A stretch of 64,000 nucleotides of DNA, taken from NCBI RefSeq assembly GCF_028641065.1, contig NC_073401.1, positions 19,220,001 through 19,284,000 of the forward strand, written 5' to 3'. The DNA is from Leucoraja erinacea. Lineage: Eukaryota. The notes under the pieces are model-generated. The model was not told where the DNA came from. It did not search any database and saw only the letters and a program-made list of their open reading frames with translations. Shown piece by piece: positions 26,218 through 39,400 of this stretch (its first letter is position 1; every line of letters begins with the position of its first letter). Position numbers and translations under genes: made by a program.

Positions 26218-26487
26218 TCCCATCAGAACTGCCCCCTCCATCGACACCTTTAAGTCAAGACTAAAAACTTATCTATACTCCCAAGCCTTTCCTGACGTCC
26301 ACTGAGCGAGGGCTATATGTATATATGTATGTAGTTTCTCTCTCTCTAACTAAACACTATGTATGTAGTTTGTTTTGTTGTGCTATTCTTATAACAAATG
26401 TAAAGCACTTTGGCCGACGAGAGTTGTTTTTTAAATGTGCTATATAAATAAATGTGACTTGACTTGACTTGACTTGACTTGACTTGA
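26218..26487 (+). mobile_element. L2 LINE 3' end with (GACTT)n tail
   Basis: FKSRLKTYLY-like end of ORF2, tgtaaagcacttt...aaatgtgctatataaataaa, then gactt repeats. Confidence 0.75.
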
Positions 26488-26686
26488 ATGCTGAAAGGCA
26501 GCTGGTACGTCAGGACCTCCAGAATCATACACACCTGCGTGGAAATCCCCAACTTGCTGGCATGTGGTTCCCTGCAAATTTACACCCAATTTTCTCTATC
26601 TGCAAAATGTAATGCTATAATAGTGACACAGATTTCTCCCCCCTCTTCACACCCTTTCCTCACAACCTGGTCACTTCACACTGTAC

Positions 26687-26762
26687 CATTTCCAAGTTGA
26701 TCCATTTCTCCAGCCTCACAGTCCAGGTCAGATTTGCATTCAGATCCGGGAACATCATCACT
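26687..26762 (-). CDS. P2RX2: P2RX2 exon 4
   Basis: SDDVPGSECKSDLDCEAGEMDQLGN(G); cag/gtacag splice sites. Confidence 0.93.
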
Positions 26763-27612
26763 CTGGGGAAAGATTTAAAAAGAGGTAAATGTTTTTGTTA
26801 AAATAAATAATTTAAAATCAGTGAGACAATGTAAGCCCACAATTAAACTGCATCCATTAATATTTGTTCCAATAAACATTCTAAAATAACATTATAAGAA
26901 AATAATTCAGAAGTGTTATGATAAATTTGAAGGAAAATTTGAAGAAAAATGTGAAGGAAAAAATCGCAAGTAAATTAAAAACGGACATATTGAGGATGAG
27001 GGGGAGAAACAAAGAAGCTTGAGGGCAGATCTTTGTAAATATATGGCTAGACATGCTTCATTCTTCTTTAATAATGTACTGCAGAACTAGATAATAATTA
27101 TGTATGAAGTGATTTATGACTGCCCCAAGTTGATTGATGCTGAAATAATTACTGATGCATATAAACTGTATGCTGTTGTGTTTAGAATATTGCGTTGATA
27201 CCAAAATGGCAAGGGATTGGATTTAATTGTAGTGTTGGATGTTTCTATATCTAATAACTGAAGGATGTATAATCATAAGAATGATACTTTTCAGGATCAG
27301 GAGAAAGCTACTCGAGACACAGGGGTTAATGATTAAACACCACGACAATAATTGATGAATGATAAAGCATGATAATAGGCGTGTAGTGCGTTCACTCACT
27401 CCTTGTGCACCACCCTTGCTGGTGTATGAAATGCACATAGTTTTCATTAAAACTGCTGTGTCCTTTGTCTGGTGACAGTTGAGATGCACCATACCTTGAA
27501 CTATATTGTTTGCTGGTGAAGATTTTTGACCTGTCATCACAGATAAGGATGCCCGGCAGACCTCGTACCCATTGAAAGGGGTATTTTAGGGAACATCTTC
27601 ATTCAATCTTAC

Positions 27613-27684
27613 CTCAGGACACGTGCTCAGTCTCTGAAAAGGGGTTGTCATAGTTCGCACGGTAATGCTGAAAATATCTCCACC
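27613..27684 (-). CDS. P2RX2: P2RX2 exon 3
   Basis: GGDIFSITVRTMTTPFQRLSTCPE; cag/gtaaga splice sites. Confidence 0.93.
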
Positions 27685-28258
27685 CTGGAAAGAGAATCAT
27701 TGTAGAATTGAACTTATGTTGGTGAATTTGGATATTTCTAACACTAATAAAATTGACCCATTTCCAGAACACATGTTAAAGTAGCATGCATTCAACGTGA
27801 GCGTAATGCTAAAACTAGTTTAAGTTCTTTATCCAGCGTATAAGAAAACGTTACCCAGAGTAGTGGATCATGAACCAAGAGGTTTAGGGTGAGAGGGGAA
27901 AGATTTAGTATTTGAAACGAGCTGTCAGTGGAAGTAGTTGAGGCAACATTTAAAATACATTTTGAACAGGTACATGGGTAGAAAAGTTTTAGAGGGATAT
28001 GGGCCAAACACAGACAGGTGGGACTAGTGTAGATGGTGCATCTTGGTCAGCATAGACAAGGGGCTGTTGACCTGCTGTATGATTCCATGACTCTCTAAGT
28101 TCTCCTAATTAAAAGTCACAATTCTGTGAAAAGTTCTATGAACAGTCTACCAGCACATCTGTGTCAAAATAAGCATAAATCTTGTGCCTATGTTTGTCAA
28201 ACATGCTTTCACGGGGAAGGTTGTCAGATCATTTGTTGTCAGATCTAGGATGTCAACA

Positions 28259-28757
28259 AAATAGAGAGAATACAGAGGAGATTTACTAGATGCCTGGGTT
28301 TCAGCAACTAAGTTACAGAGAAAGGTTGAACAAGTTAGGGCTTTATTCTTTGGAGCGCAGAAGGTTAAGGGGGGACTTGATAGAGGTTTTTTAAATGATG
28401 AGAGGGATAGACAGAGTTGACGTGGAAAGGCTTTTCCCACTGAGAGTAGGGAAGATTCAAACAAGGGGACATGACATGAGAATTAAGGGACTGAAGTTTA
28501 GGGGTAACATGAGGGGGAACTTCTTTACTCAGAGAGTGGTAGCTGTGTGGAATGAGCTTCCAGTGAAGGTGGTGGAGGCAGGTTCGTTTTTATCATTCAA
28601 AAATAAATTGGATAGTTATATGGATGGGAAGGGAATGGAGGGTTATGGTCTGAGCGCAGGTATATGGGACTAGGTGAGATTATGTGTTCGGCACGGACTA
28701 GAAGGGTCGAGATGGCCTGTTTCCGTGCTGTAATTGTTATATGGTTATATGGTTATA
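28259..28757 (+). mobile_element. young CR1 LINE 3' fragment with (TTATATGG)n tail
   Basis: ORF ...RGHDMRIKGLKFRGNMRGNFFTQRVVAVWNELP...; octamer tail. Confidence 0.9.
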
Positions 28758-28949
28758 TTTATATCTTGGAGATGAGCTCCAAATGCAACCGCAGACTGAA
28801 GCATACAAGACAGGCATGATATGAGGGCACAAGTGGGGAAAGAAGGAATGGGTGATATTTCTGCTTTGACCACACCACCCTCATTGTGACAGTCTGCCCT
28901 TTTGGTGTCCTGTACTAGTGGTGGGCCAAACAATAATACATTTGCAAAT

Positions 28950-29701
28950 ACATAGAAACATAGAAAATAGGTGCAGAAGTAGGCCATTCGGTCCTTCGAG
29001 CCTGCACCACCATTCAATATGATCATGGCTGATCATCCAACTCAGTATCCTGTACCTGCCTTCTCTCCATACCCCCTGATCCCTTTAGCCACAAGGGCCA
29101 CATCTCCCTCTTAAATATAGCCAATGAACTGGCCTCAACTACCTTCTGTGGCAGAGAATTCCACAGAATTCCACTGTGTAAAAAATGATTTTCTCATCTC
29201 GGTCCTAAAAGACTTCCCTCTTATCCTTAAACTGTGACCCCTTGTTCTGGACTTCCCCAACATTGGGAACAATCTTCCTGCATCTAGCCTGTCCAACCTC
29301 CTAAGAATTTTGTAAGTTTCTATAAGATCCCCCCTCAATCTTCTAAATTCTAGCGTGTACAAGCCGAGTCTATCCAGTCTTTCTTCATATGAAAGCCCTG
29401 CCATCCCAGGAATCAGTCTGGTGAACCGTCTCTGTACTCCCTCTATGGCAATAATGTTCTTCCTCAGATTTGGAGACCAAAACTGTACGCAATACTCCAG
29501 ATGTGGTCTCACCAAGACCCTGTCCAACTGCAGTAGAACCTCCCTGCTCTTATACTCAAATCCTTTTGCTATGAATGCCAACATACCATTCACTTTCTTC
29601 ACTGCCTGCTGCACCTGCATGCCTACTTTCAATGACTGGTGTACCATGACACCCAGGTCTCGTTGCATCTCCCCTTTTCCTAATCGGCCACCATTCAGAT
29701 A
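28950..29701 (-). mobile_element. CR1 LINE 3' fragment
   Basis: ORF 29135-29740: RDLGVMVHQSLKV...LVRPHLEYCVQFWSP...RTRGHSL; (TTTCTATG)n tail. Confidence 0.93.
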
Positions 29702-30202
29702 CCTTGAGAAAGAGGCTGACAGATACTTTCTGCCACACATATAACGATCTCAGTGGGGGTGGAGTGGGGATAATGCTCACTGATTATTTTTGTGGCTCAC
29801 AAACAGTCATTCTCCTAATACACCAGGATCAGTTTTGGTCAGTAAATATGGTCCTGAACTTGTTACATAACTGCATGCACATCTGAAGCAGCATAAAGGT
29901 CAAACCTGCCATCATGGATCTTGACCAGATATGTCCTGTCCAGATCCGGCAGGTGTTATAATTTCACCCAGATGATAAGCTGCTGAAATCATTCATTTTT
30001 ACAACATTTAACTCTGAACGTATAAGTGGTGGGAGCTCCAGTTACTGGGCGTATGTTATACATTTTCTTCCATCTTATTAATGAGCTTTGCAAAAAGAAC
30101 CTGGTTTCCCTGCAGTAGATGAAGCACCAGGATCCCATTAGATGGTGAGAATTTCTGCAGCATGCAAGAAAATTCAACATCTTTGCACCAGTTGGCCCTT
30201 AC

Positions 30203-30350
30203 CTCTGGAGGTTTGATATATTCTGCAACATCCCATATTTTTCTTTCCAAGGAGGAGTTTGTGATTGCAATTCCTTTGACCTTAGTGATGACAGAACTCT
30301 CAGGAGCGCTCTCTCTTTCTTGGTATGATTTCTCAATGATGAAAACATAC
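30203..30350 (-). CDS. P2RX2: P2RX2 exon 2
   Basis: [49 protein letters not shown]; P2X2-type PESS and KPPE, plus the ATP-binding KVK. Confidence 0.96.
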
Positions 30351-31230
30351 CTGTACAATTCAGAAGCGAGAATTATCCACTTCAATATTAAATGAGACCA
30401 TTTTTGCAACTTATATATTTCTTCTTCCATGCAGAGCTTTATTTCTAAGATGAATTACCCCAATACCATGTACGATTGACACAACTACCTTCAAAAACAG
30501 CCTTCGCTCTACTTGTTTCATTGTCAACTGACTACTTACCAAGTATCAAAGGTTAATTGTTTCATTCCATCTTTTGCTTTTCTTGCACGTACCAAATTCT
30601 GCAATGGTTCGTGTGAACAACACAAATGTTCCAGTTTACGAGTTTGACAATTTTTAATTCTTACTCATTTTCAGCTTGGATACACAAATTAAAACTTAAT
30701 TAATTGTCCAATAGGAGCTAACTTTTTGGGATGCACATTTCAAATGTGGCAAAGTATTCAAATAACTGACTTGCCAAGATTCAAGATTCAAGATAGATTT
30801 CATTGCCATGTACAAGAGCTGATATATTACGGGCAGCCACATATAAATGAGCGCAGTCGATACAGTGTCCACCAAAATATTTGAAATAACGCATGAAATT
30901 ATTGGATGTCCACACAATATTATTTCTGGTGGTGTTTTGTGATGATGGATAACTTTTGACAAAAGGTCTCTGACAATTGAGCCTCTCATTGGTTGGAAAA
31001 TCCAGCATTTATCAGTTGCAATTGTGGTCTTACAGACGTTTTTGGATTTTTTTAATATCTTTTCTAGGTGCCCAGAAAATAACTCAGATTTCCAAATTAG
31101 CTACACAAATTCTTACAAAGTATCAGTGCAACTAACTTGTTTTTCAAATGAGAATTTATTTAATGGCGGACAATTTATAGTTTCTCCAATATTTAAAATA
31201 ATATATCAGACACAAGTTATTCATGACTCA

Positions 31231-34182
31231 TGCTTGACTCATCAGTAAATGTGATTCGGCTTGATGTTGACTGGTGCATTGCCATACACATGCTCACAAC
31301 GACAAGGAATTTGTTATCCTGAATGTATATACACCCTATGAATGCCATCAGAATGAGGATGAATATTTAAATAGACTTGCTTTCATCTATTCTTTCATTC
31401 AAAACAATAATTATTGTAGTGTATATGTCATTGGGGATATGAATGCAGATATCAGAGAGTGGTAGCGGTGTGGAATAAGCTTCCAGTGGAAGTGGTGGAG
31501 GCAGGTTCGTTGGTATCATTTAAAAATAAATTGGATAGGCATATGGATGAGAAGGAAATGAAGGGTTATGGTATGAGTGCAGGCAGGTGGGACTAAGGGA
31601 TAAAAAGTTGTTCGGCACGGACTTGTAGGGCCGAGATGGCCTGTTTCCGTGCTGTAATTGTTATATGGTTATATGGTTATATCTCAGATAGGAACTCATT
31701 ATTTGCCAATGATATGGCTCAGTTCTGTCAAGATAATAATTTAATATTGTCAAGCAAAGTGTTTTTACCTACAGATAGCTATACTTATATTAGTGAGGCC
31801 TGGCACACCACATCATGGCTGGACCACTGTATTAGTACATGCCTCATTGCGGTATGAGCATTCTGTACGGGGCAGCAATGACTGATCATATACCTGTTGC
31901 TATGACAATAAATGATAAACACATACCTGTGGCATCCAGTGATAGAAACAGCTTTAATACAGAAAAACTGGACTGGTCAACGCTTACAAAGGAAGACATC
32001 CTAGCCTATTATGCCCATACAGATAAATCCTTAAGCAATATTCATCTACCTAAAGATGCAATAATATGTAGTAATGTTAATTGTAAAGATATGAAGCATA
32101 GGAGAGATATCTGCTCTATGTATAATGATATAGTAAGCGCCTTATATATAGGCAGTAAGCCCTACTGCAAGCATAAAAATAAGACACATAACATCAGACC
32201 TGGCTGGAATAAGTATGTAGCTGAGTATCATACTGAAGCCCGTGAAGCCACCAAATCATGGGCTATGGCAGGTAGACCCAGACAGGGGCCTGTGTTTGAG
32301 CACAAGAAGCTCACTAATGCAAGGTATAAGTATGCTGTTCGCTTCATCTGTAAAAATGAGCAAGCTATGAGGGCTGATTCCATGGCTAAGAAGTTGCTAA
32401 GTAACAATGCTACAGATTTTTGGAAGGAAGTGAGAGCTCTTAGCAGTTGCAAAACATCTCTACCATGTACTGTAGATGGAATCTCCGGAACAGCTAATAT
32501 CGCGGAGTTATGGCGACAACATTATAGCACTTTATTCAACTGTGTCCAAGGTGACTTGTATAGGGTGGACAATATTGAGAGTAATGACTCGATGGTGATT
32601 ATGTCACATGAGGTGTATCATGCCACGAACAAGCTGTCCAACAACAAAGCAAGTGGCTTGGATCATATCTCTGCTGAACATCTTAAGCATGTGAGTATGA
32701 GGATAGCTCCTCTCCTAGCTATTTGTTTTACTGGCTTTATGATTCATGGCTTGTTACCAGACTCAATGTTGTCTGTCCTGTTAGTGCCGGTCATTAAGGA
32801 CAAAGCTGGTAAAGTAGGCAGCCTAAATAATTACAGGCCCATAGCTTTAGCCAGCATATTGTCAAAAGTTTTAGAAAGAGTTCTGCTGGATAGAATAAAT
32901 GAGTTTGTTAACTCCACAGATAACAAGTTTGGCTTTAAAGCTAAACATGGCACTGACTTATGCATATATGCCCTAAAGGAGATTGTAAACAAATATAGAG
33001 GCAAAAACTCTTCAATCCTTTTGTGCTTTATTGATGCTTGACCGTGTTAATCACAGAAAGCTGTTTGGTAAAATGAGTCAAAGAGGAGTGCCTGAATACA
33101 TTGTTAGAATTCTGGCCTACTGGTATGCCCACCAGACTATGCAAATAAAATGGGGCAATAGGGTCTCAGCCCCATTTGGGGTTAGCAATGGTGTTAGACA
33201 AGGGGGAATTTTGTCCCCAGTCCTTTTTAATCTATATATTGATGATCTGTCTAAACAATTGAAAGCCTGTAACACTGGGTGCGTGATTGGTAATATTTTA
33301 GTGAGCCATATAATGTATGCAGATGATCTTGTGGTCTTTAGTCCATCTAGCGCTGGTCTCCAGCAGCTCCTTACTATATGTTCTGTGTATGGTGTGGAAC
33401 ATGACATTAAATATAATGCTAGTAAGAGTGCTGTTATGGTCTGTAGAACCAAAGAGGATAAATGCCTAAAATATCCTGATTTTAAATTGTCTGACAACAA
33501 TCTTAGTGTCTGTAATAAGATAAAATATCTAGGGCATATTATTACAGAACAAATGACAGATGATGAGGATATTTATAGGCAACGACGCATGCTGTATGTA
33601 CAGGCGAATATCCTCTTGCGTAAATTTGGTGCGTGTGCAGATGTGGTGAAGATGTCACTATTTAGAGCATACTGCACACCCCTCTACACTGCGCACCTGT
33701 GGTCGAACTATTTAAAGACAAGTATGCAGAGACTAAAGGTGGCATATAATGATGCCATGAGAACACTGCTAAGGCAACCTAGATGGTGTAGTGCCAGTAA
33801 TATGTTTGTGGCTGCAGGAGTCAGTACTTTAGAAGCTATCCTAAGACACCACATGTATAAATTAATTTGCAGGATAAATGACTCTTAAAAATGTGCTTAT
33901 TGTGGCCTTGACAAACATAAGGGTTAGCACTACATGCTACGAATCCCAGTTGTGGAGACACTGGTATCGTTGTCTCGTTGTAGGACATTGATCATCTTTT
34001 TTTATCTGGATTTTTAACTTAAGTATTGTGTTTTTTAAAAATATAAATTATGATGTTTTTATGTGATATACCAAGATTTTATATGTATTTATGATATTTG
34101 ATATGCAATGCTTTTTTAATGTAATGTTGCCCCTTGTCTGGACCTTGAGTCCGTAATAAAGTTTATTACTATTATTATTATT
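31231..34182 (+). mobile_element. 5'-truncated non-LTR retrotransposon with APE and RT (probably RTE-X clade)
   Basis: APE motifs (VIGDMNAD, SWLDHC, TDHIP) and RT motifs (NYRPIAL, GVRQGGILSP, YADD, KYLG) in long ORFs 31839-33041 and 33031-33888; AATAAA at 34155 and a (TAT)n tail. The clade call is from recall. Confidence 0.9.
31454..31678 (+). mobile_element. CR1 3' end nested in the APE domain of the host LINE
   Basis: Same subfamily and tail as 28259-28757. ATATC is duplicated at 31449-31453 and 31679-31683; removing the insert restores GDMNADISDRN. Confidence 0.9.
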
Positions 34183-34576
34183 CCTAACTAAGCGTTGCCA
34201 TAGTCTGAAAGGGGCCAAAGGAAATCTTGAGGAGTTAAATAACTTAGATTGCTTCAACTCCAGTTAATTTCTGCTCCTCCAACTCCACCTTCCACTCATC
34301 ATCCACCCCTCCCTATTCTAGATCCTTCACTGCCCCCCCTCCCCCATCCTCTACCCAACCCGTCCCACACTCCATTCTGTTCTACACACCATCTCTCTCC
34401 GGTTGCACAATTCACTCCCCACTGTCATTTCTCATCATTTGCACGTCTACTCTACTCATTACCTCCAGCCTTGGTTAATATCTCCATCCTGCTCTCCCCT
34501 GCCTGACTCATCTTCCAATCAACCCTTCCTTATCTGTCTCCTTTGTATCCTGCGGTTCTGCTGTCACACCCCCACT

Positions 34577-34607
<31 letters not shown>

Positions 34608-34782
34608 AGACAGAACAAGGATAGAGTTCTCCTGGGCCTATCCCTTCACCCCCACCATCCTCCACATCCAACACATCATTCACTGACAGGAACCACCTAC
34701 AATTTAATCCCACACATGTCACATCTTCCCATCCTCACCCTTATCTACTTTCCTTGGAGACCACCCCCTCTGCAACTCCTTA

Positions 34783-35008
34783 TGCCCCTGTCCCACTTAG
34801 GAAACCTGAACGGAAACCTCTGGAGACTTTGCGCCCCACCCAAGGTTTCCGTGCGGTTCCCGGAGGTTTTTGTCAGTCTCCCCACCTGCTTCCACTACCT
34901 GCAACCTCCGGCAACCACCTGCAACCTCTGGGAACCGCACGGAAACCTTGGGTGGGGCGCAAAGTCTCCAGAGGTTTCCGTTCAGGTTTCCTAAGTGGGC
35001 CAGGGGCA
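34783..35008. mobile_element. PIF/Harbinger-type MITE
   Basis: 226 bp with ~80-bp near-perfect TIRs (TGCCCCTGTCCCACTTAGG...) and a TTA target-site duplication on both sides. Confidence 0.85.
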
Positions 35009-37134
35009 TTAGTTTGCTCATCCTTTCCCACCCAAATCATGTGCTCCCCAGCTACCTTCCCCAGCTAGGAGTCAAATCCAAAGTTATGACTATAATGTTT
35101 ATCTTGCATACTTTTATTCATTAAATACTATGTTTCTCGTGGGAGTTATTTGTCATTTAAATAAAGGAACAAATTAAATTTTAAAGCTGCAACTAACCTT
35201 AGGTAAATAGTTATGCACCTCCCTGTGGCACGTTACTAACACTTCAATACTTGCTGCAGGTGGGGTCATGATGACACAAAAAAATCCCTTTACTGATTGA
35301 GGTAGTGATGATAACTTTGTTAAAGAATACATTAGTTGGTTGGCGAAGGGAAACTGGAACAAGGGGATAGAGAATCCAATGGAGAATGAGGGTTTTTGAA
35401 AGGTAAACAGTATTGCACATGGATTGGGCCGAGGTACTGTTTCTGAGTGGCACCTTTTATGTCGTTGCATATGCACGACTGCTCAACAGAAACAATGCTT
35501 TAGATTTACATAGCACCGTCAGTTTCAGAAATACACCATGATATTTCTCAGGGTGAAAACAGATAATAAACCCAAATGGGAAAGATTAGATGAGGATAAC
35601 CAAACGTTTGGTGAAATGTGTACATTTACTGGGGGAATTTGTTTGCCGTTTTAAAGAAAATGCTATCCTATTCTTTATAAATGATCCAATGACGGTGATG
35701 ATAGCTAACAAACAAATTCCCCATAATGCCTTTGATGCTGTGTACAATATAATTACATTTTGTGTAATTAGATCCCTAGAATATCAGGTGTAATTGTTAT
35801 TTGCGTAGACATTAAGGCTGTCTGGCGGTGATCATATATGACAAAATGGCAGCTTTGCTGGCAATTTACAATTACTGTTTCATTTATCATGAACAATTAC
35901 ATATCAATTTAATTGGAATTCAACACAACAATTTAATTTTCAAATGAATGGGATGACAAAATGTTTTAAATTGGTTAATGCTCTCCTCAATGTGTTCTGA
36001 CCAATGATGTAGACCAGGAAGTTGCATATCCCATGACGGAGTCATTTGCACAGATTTTAGACTAATGTTACAATGGTAGGTTGGGAGATTCATAATATTC
36101 AATTTACTGGCATGCATCCCTCTGAGGTACCTCAGAACAATGCACTTCATTAAAAGCACTTTATAAGAGTCTAACTTAAGTGCAGGGGTAAGGGGACCTT
36201 GAATTCCTTAACACACACGTAAATTACTTAATGGTGTGCAGCATGCAAATGAGGCTTTAAAAAGGGACTTTAATGCACTTTATTTTAAATAATGCACTTT
36301 ATTTTATTTAAAGGGAATTTAAAATCCATTTTAAATGGAATAAGAACCACAACACAGAGAAAGAAATGAATAGCCAGGGAAAGGGATGAGATTCTGCAAT
36401 GTTGGGAGTTTCCCAGATTAAAAAGCAGGACCCTGAGAGTAGCAATCTGCGGATTACACCCAGTGCCACCTGCTGGTGAGGGGTGGAATCAAAAGATAGG
36501 ACAGATAAATGAGTTGTAAAGAAGGCATAGTGTATGCTTGTCTTCATTGGTCAGCGCAGGTTTTTTATACAGAGGACGGTGAGTGCCTGGAACACACGGC
36601 TGGGGTTGGTGGTTATATAGGCACATGGATAGGCAGGATATGGATTATGTGCAGACAGATAAGAGTTGGTCTTGGAATTATGTTTGACATAGATATTGTG
36701 AGCCAGAGGTAGTAATTCAGCGGGACAGGCAGCATCTCTGGAGAGAAGGAATGGGTGACATTTCGGGCCGAGACCCTTCTTCAGAGGGTTCAATCTTCAA
36801 AGGTTGTGAGCCAGAGGGCCTGTTCCTATGCGGTACTGTTCTTGTCAATCCACTGATACTGCCTGATCTGCTGAGCATTTGTTACTGCCCACGATTCTTT
36901 ACATATTCCTTTCCCACACTGTCCCACTAAATGCAAATCTGATGGCTTCATAAATAGCTCATGATAACAGCAACACTAACCTAAGGTTATTAGAAGCATT
37001 CCTCTGTCACATCCATCCCAACTCCGCCCTCCCAAAACTAATTGGGTTTCTCTCCTCCCCCGTCTTGTTGAAGGGTCTGTTTCTGTTTTAGTCACATGAG
37101 TATAACGTATTATCTTCTTCTTCCCCCCTTCCAA

Positions 37135-37990
37135 CAATAGCAATAATGTCTTCCCTCAAATTAGGAGACCAAAATTGCACACAATACTCCAGGTGCGGTC
37201 TCACCAGGACCCTGTACAACTGCAGTAGGACCTCCTTGCTCTCAAACTCAAATCCTCTTGCAATGAAGGCCAACTTGGCTTTCTTCACTGCCTGCTGTAC
37301 CTGCATGCTTACTTTCAGTGACTGATGTACAAGCACACCCAGGTCTCGTTGCACCTCCCCTGCTCCTCATCTGACACCATTCAGATGATAATCTGCATTG
37401 CTGTTCTTGCAAGAAATGAATACCAATCTAACAAGTCTTTCCTGCCCTTGGCTATTTTGCAGTTCTACCCATACCGATTCTACAGCATCCAAGCTAATGT
37501 CTCTCCCTGCTATTGCATTAATCTCCTCTTTAACCAGCAATGCCACCCCACCACCTCTTCCTTTCTGTCTATCCTTCCTGACTATCGAATACCTCTGCAT
37601 GTTTAGTTCCCAGCCTTGGGCACCCTGGAGCCATGTCTCCGTAATTCCAACTATATCATATCCCTTAACTACTAACTGCGTACACTTCCACGTTGTTGAC
37701 TGGCCGCTCCACTTTTTAGTTTAAACCCACCCGTGTAGCACTAGCAAACCTGCCTGCCAGAATGTTGGTCCCCTTCCAATATAGGTGCAACCTGTCCCTT
37801 TTGTACAGGTCAGGTCAACCCTGCCCCAGAAAATCTTGAAATCTAAATCCCTACACCAACTGTTCTGTCACACATTCAGATCCCCTATCTCCATGTTCCT
37901 CCCCTCACTAGCACGAGGTACTGGAAGGAAACAGAGATAACCACCTTAGAAGTTCTGCTTTTCAGCCTCGAACCTAGTTCTCTATACTCA
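37135..37990 (-). mobile_element. rearranged CR1 fragments (RT, APE and ORF1 pieces)
   Basis: ORFs QRDLGVLVHQSLK...RPHLEYCVQFWSP and RKDRQKGRGGGVALLVKE. Confidence 0.85.
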
Positions 37991-38322
37991 CAGATTCAGA
38001 TTCAATTTTAATTGTCATTGAAATTGCAGAACCTCCTTCCTCTTCTTTCCAACGTCATTTGAGCCTATATGCACAACTATTTCCGACAGATCCTTTAATG
38101 CAAAATAAATAACTAAAAATGAAAAATGCTGAAAATACTTAGTAGGTAAAGCCACCCGTGTGTAGAGCGATAGGGAATTCATATTTCGGATTTAAAAAAA
38201 AGCCTGTATCAGAACTAGGAAAGTACGAAAACAACTGATTTGTGCAGATTGAATATTGTGCTAAACTCAAATTATTCAATTCAAATTTAATACAAACATT
38301 CAGAGTTCCAGGATATACTTAC

Positions 38323-38462
38323 ACGACAAAGTACATGATGATGACAAGTTGGATGATTCTGTAGATAATTCCTAAATTTCTGTTTTTAACCACCACAACT
38401 TTCGGAGTTTCATAATTCCAAAAATCTTCCCAGCATAAACCACACGTTTCTTTGTCGCCCAT
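38323..38462 (-). CDS. P2RX2: P2RX2 exon 1 coding part (N-terminus, TM1)
   Basis: [46 protein letters not shown](V), with the conserved YETPK site and a gtaagt donor. Confidence 0.95.
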
Positions 38463-38479
38463 GACTTCAAATCCTTCTA

Positions 38480-38680
38480 CAATCCTTTTGGGCTCCGGAA
38501 AATTGAATCTCGCTCGGTCTCTCGTCCCATTACATCCCGCGCTATGCGCTTGCCTCGCCCGTTTGACAACTGATCCTAGGAACCTCCCAAGATAAACACA
38601 AGGAAACTCCCACCTCTTTTCACCCTCGTCCTGCCCCGCCACATTCCCGCAGATTACACCGAGACTTCATCTGGTCTTCT
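38480..38680 (-). promoter_or_regulatory. putative P2RX2 5'UTR/proximal promoter
   Basis: CpG-enriched unique sequence just upstream of the ATG, with a GC box (ccccgccac) at ~38634-38642. Confidence 0.5.
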
Positions 38681-39176
38681 CAAAATGTCTTTATTCTCCA
38701 AAACAAATAGTGACAAGGGACATTATTCACTCAGCCTTTAGCTTTCCCGGGAGATCCTGAATGTCCAAGACGTGATATTTAGCCGTTTCTTGAGTAATTC
38801 CAAGGCTTTCATCTCATTCAGATATTGACCATGCTGACTGTGGAGAAAAAAATACAGCTTTCAATCTTAATTTGAATTGCATTTGTTCCAACTTGCCTTC
38901 CTGTCCGCGGGCAATTTAATCTGAAGCGATTATCATAGTTTATGTTAACCATTTCGAGTCCTGAATACTTCCATGATGTCACCTCTTGCCTGTGTTTGTG
39001 CTCTGCAAAAGTCTCCTCACAACTCGATTTATTTCACCTCTCCTGCCGAGTGAGACTCAGTTTCTTTCTTTAAAAACCATCAATGCAGCTTCCGCAGTCC
39101 AACATCGATACACTTCAAACATGTCTCACTGTCTGTAAATACACCTGTTTCATGCTGTGATTACATAAGCGCCACC

Positions 39177-39214
<38 letters not shown>

Positions 39215-39239
39215 ATCTCATTCTAACCATGCTCGAGGT

Positions 39240-39400
39240 AATGGGTAGTCCGGCTCCAACAACGCGAGTTCGATCCTGATCCCTGGAGTTTGCACGGTTT
39301 CTCCCGTGACCGCGTGAATTTTTCCGGATCCGAGTTTCCTCGCACCTCGCGAACTTTAGGTTGACGAGTTAATTGTTTGTTGTAAATTCCTCCCAGAGAA
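39240..39400 (+). mobile_element. V-SINE fragment
   Basis: Box B (gagttcgatcc) followed by ggagtttgcacggtttctcccgtgaccgcgtg. Confidence 0.65.

Noticed and set aside
9511-38462. Identification as P2RX6 or P2RX3 (P2RX6 is on human 22q11 like MMP11)
   Set aside because: PESS, KPPEGG and [16 protein letters not shown], plus adjacency to POLE, indicate P2RX2.
38463-38642. 60-aa N-terminal extension of P2RX2 in the ORF track
   Set aside because: It starts at GTG in probable 5'UTR/promoter sequence; homology begins at the ATG at 38462.
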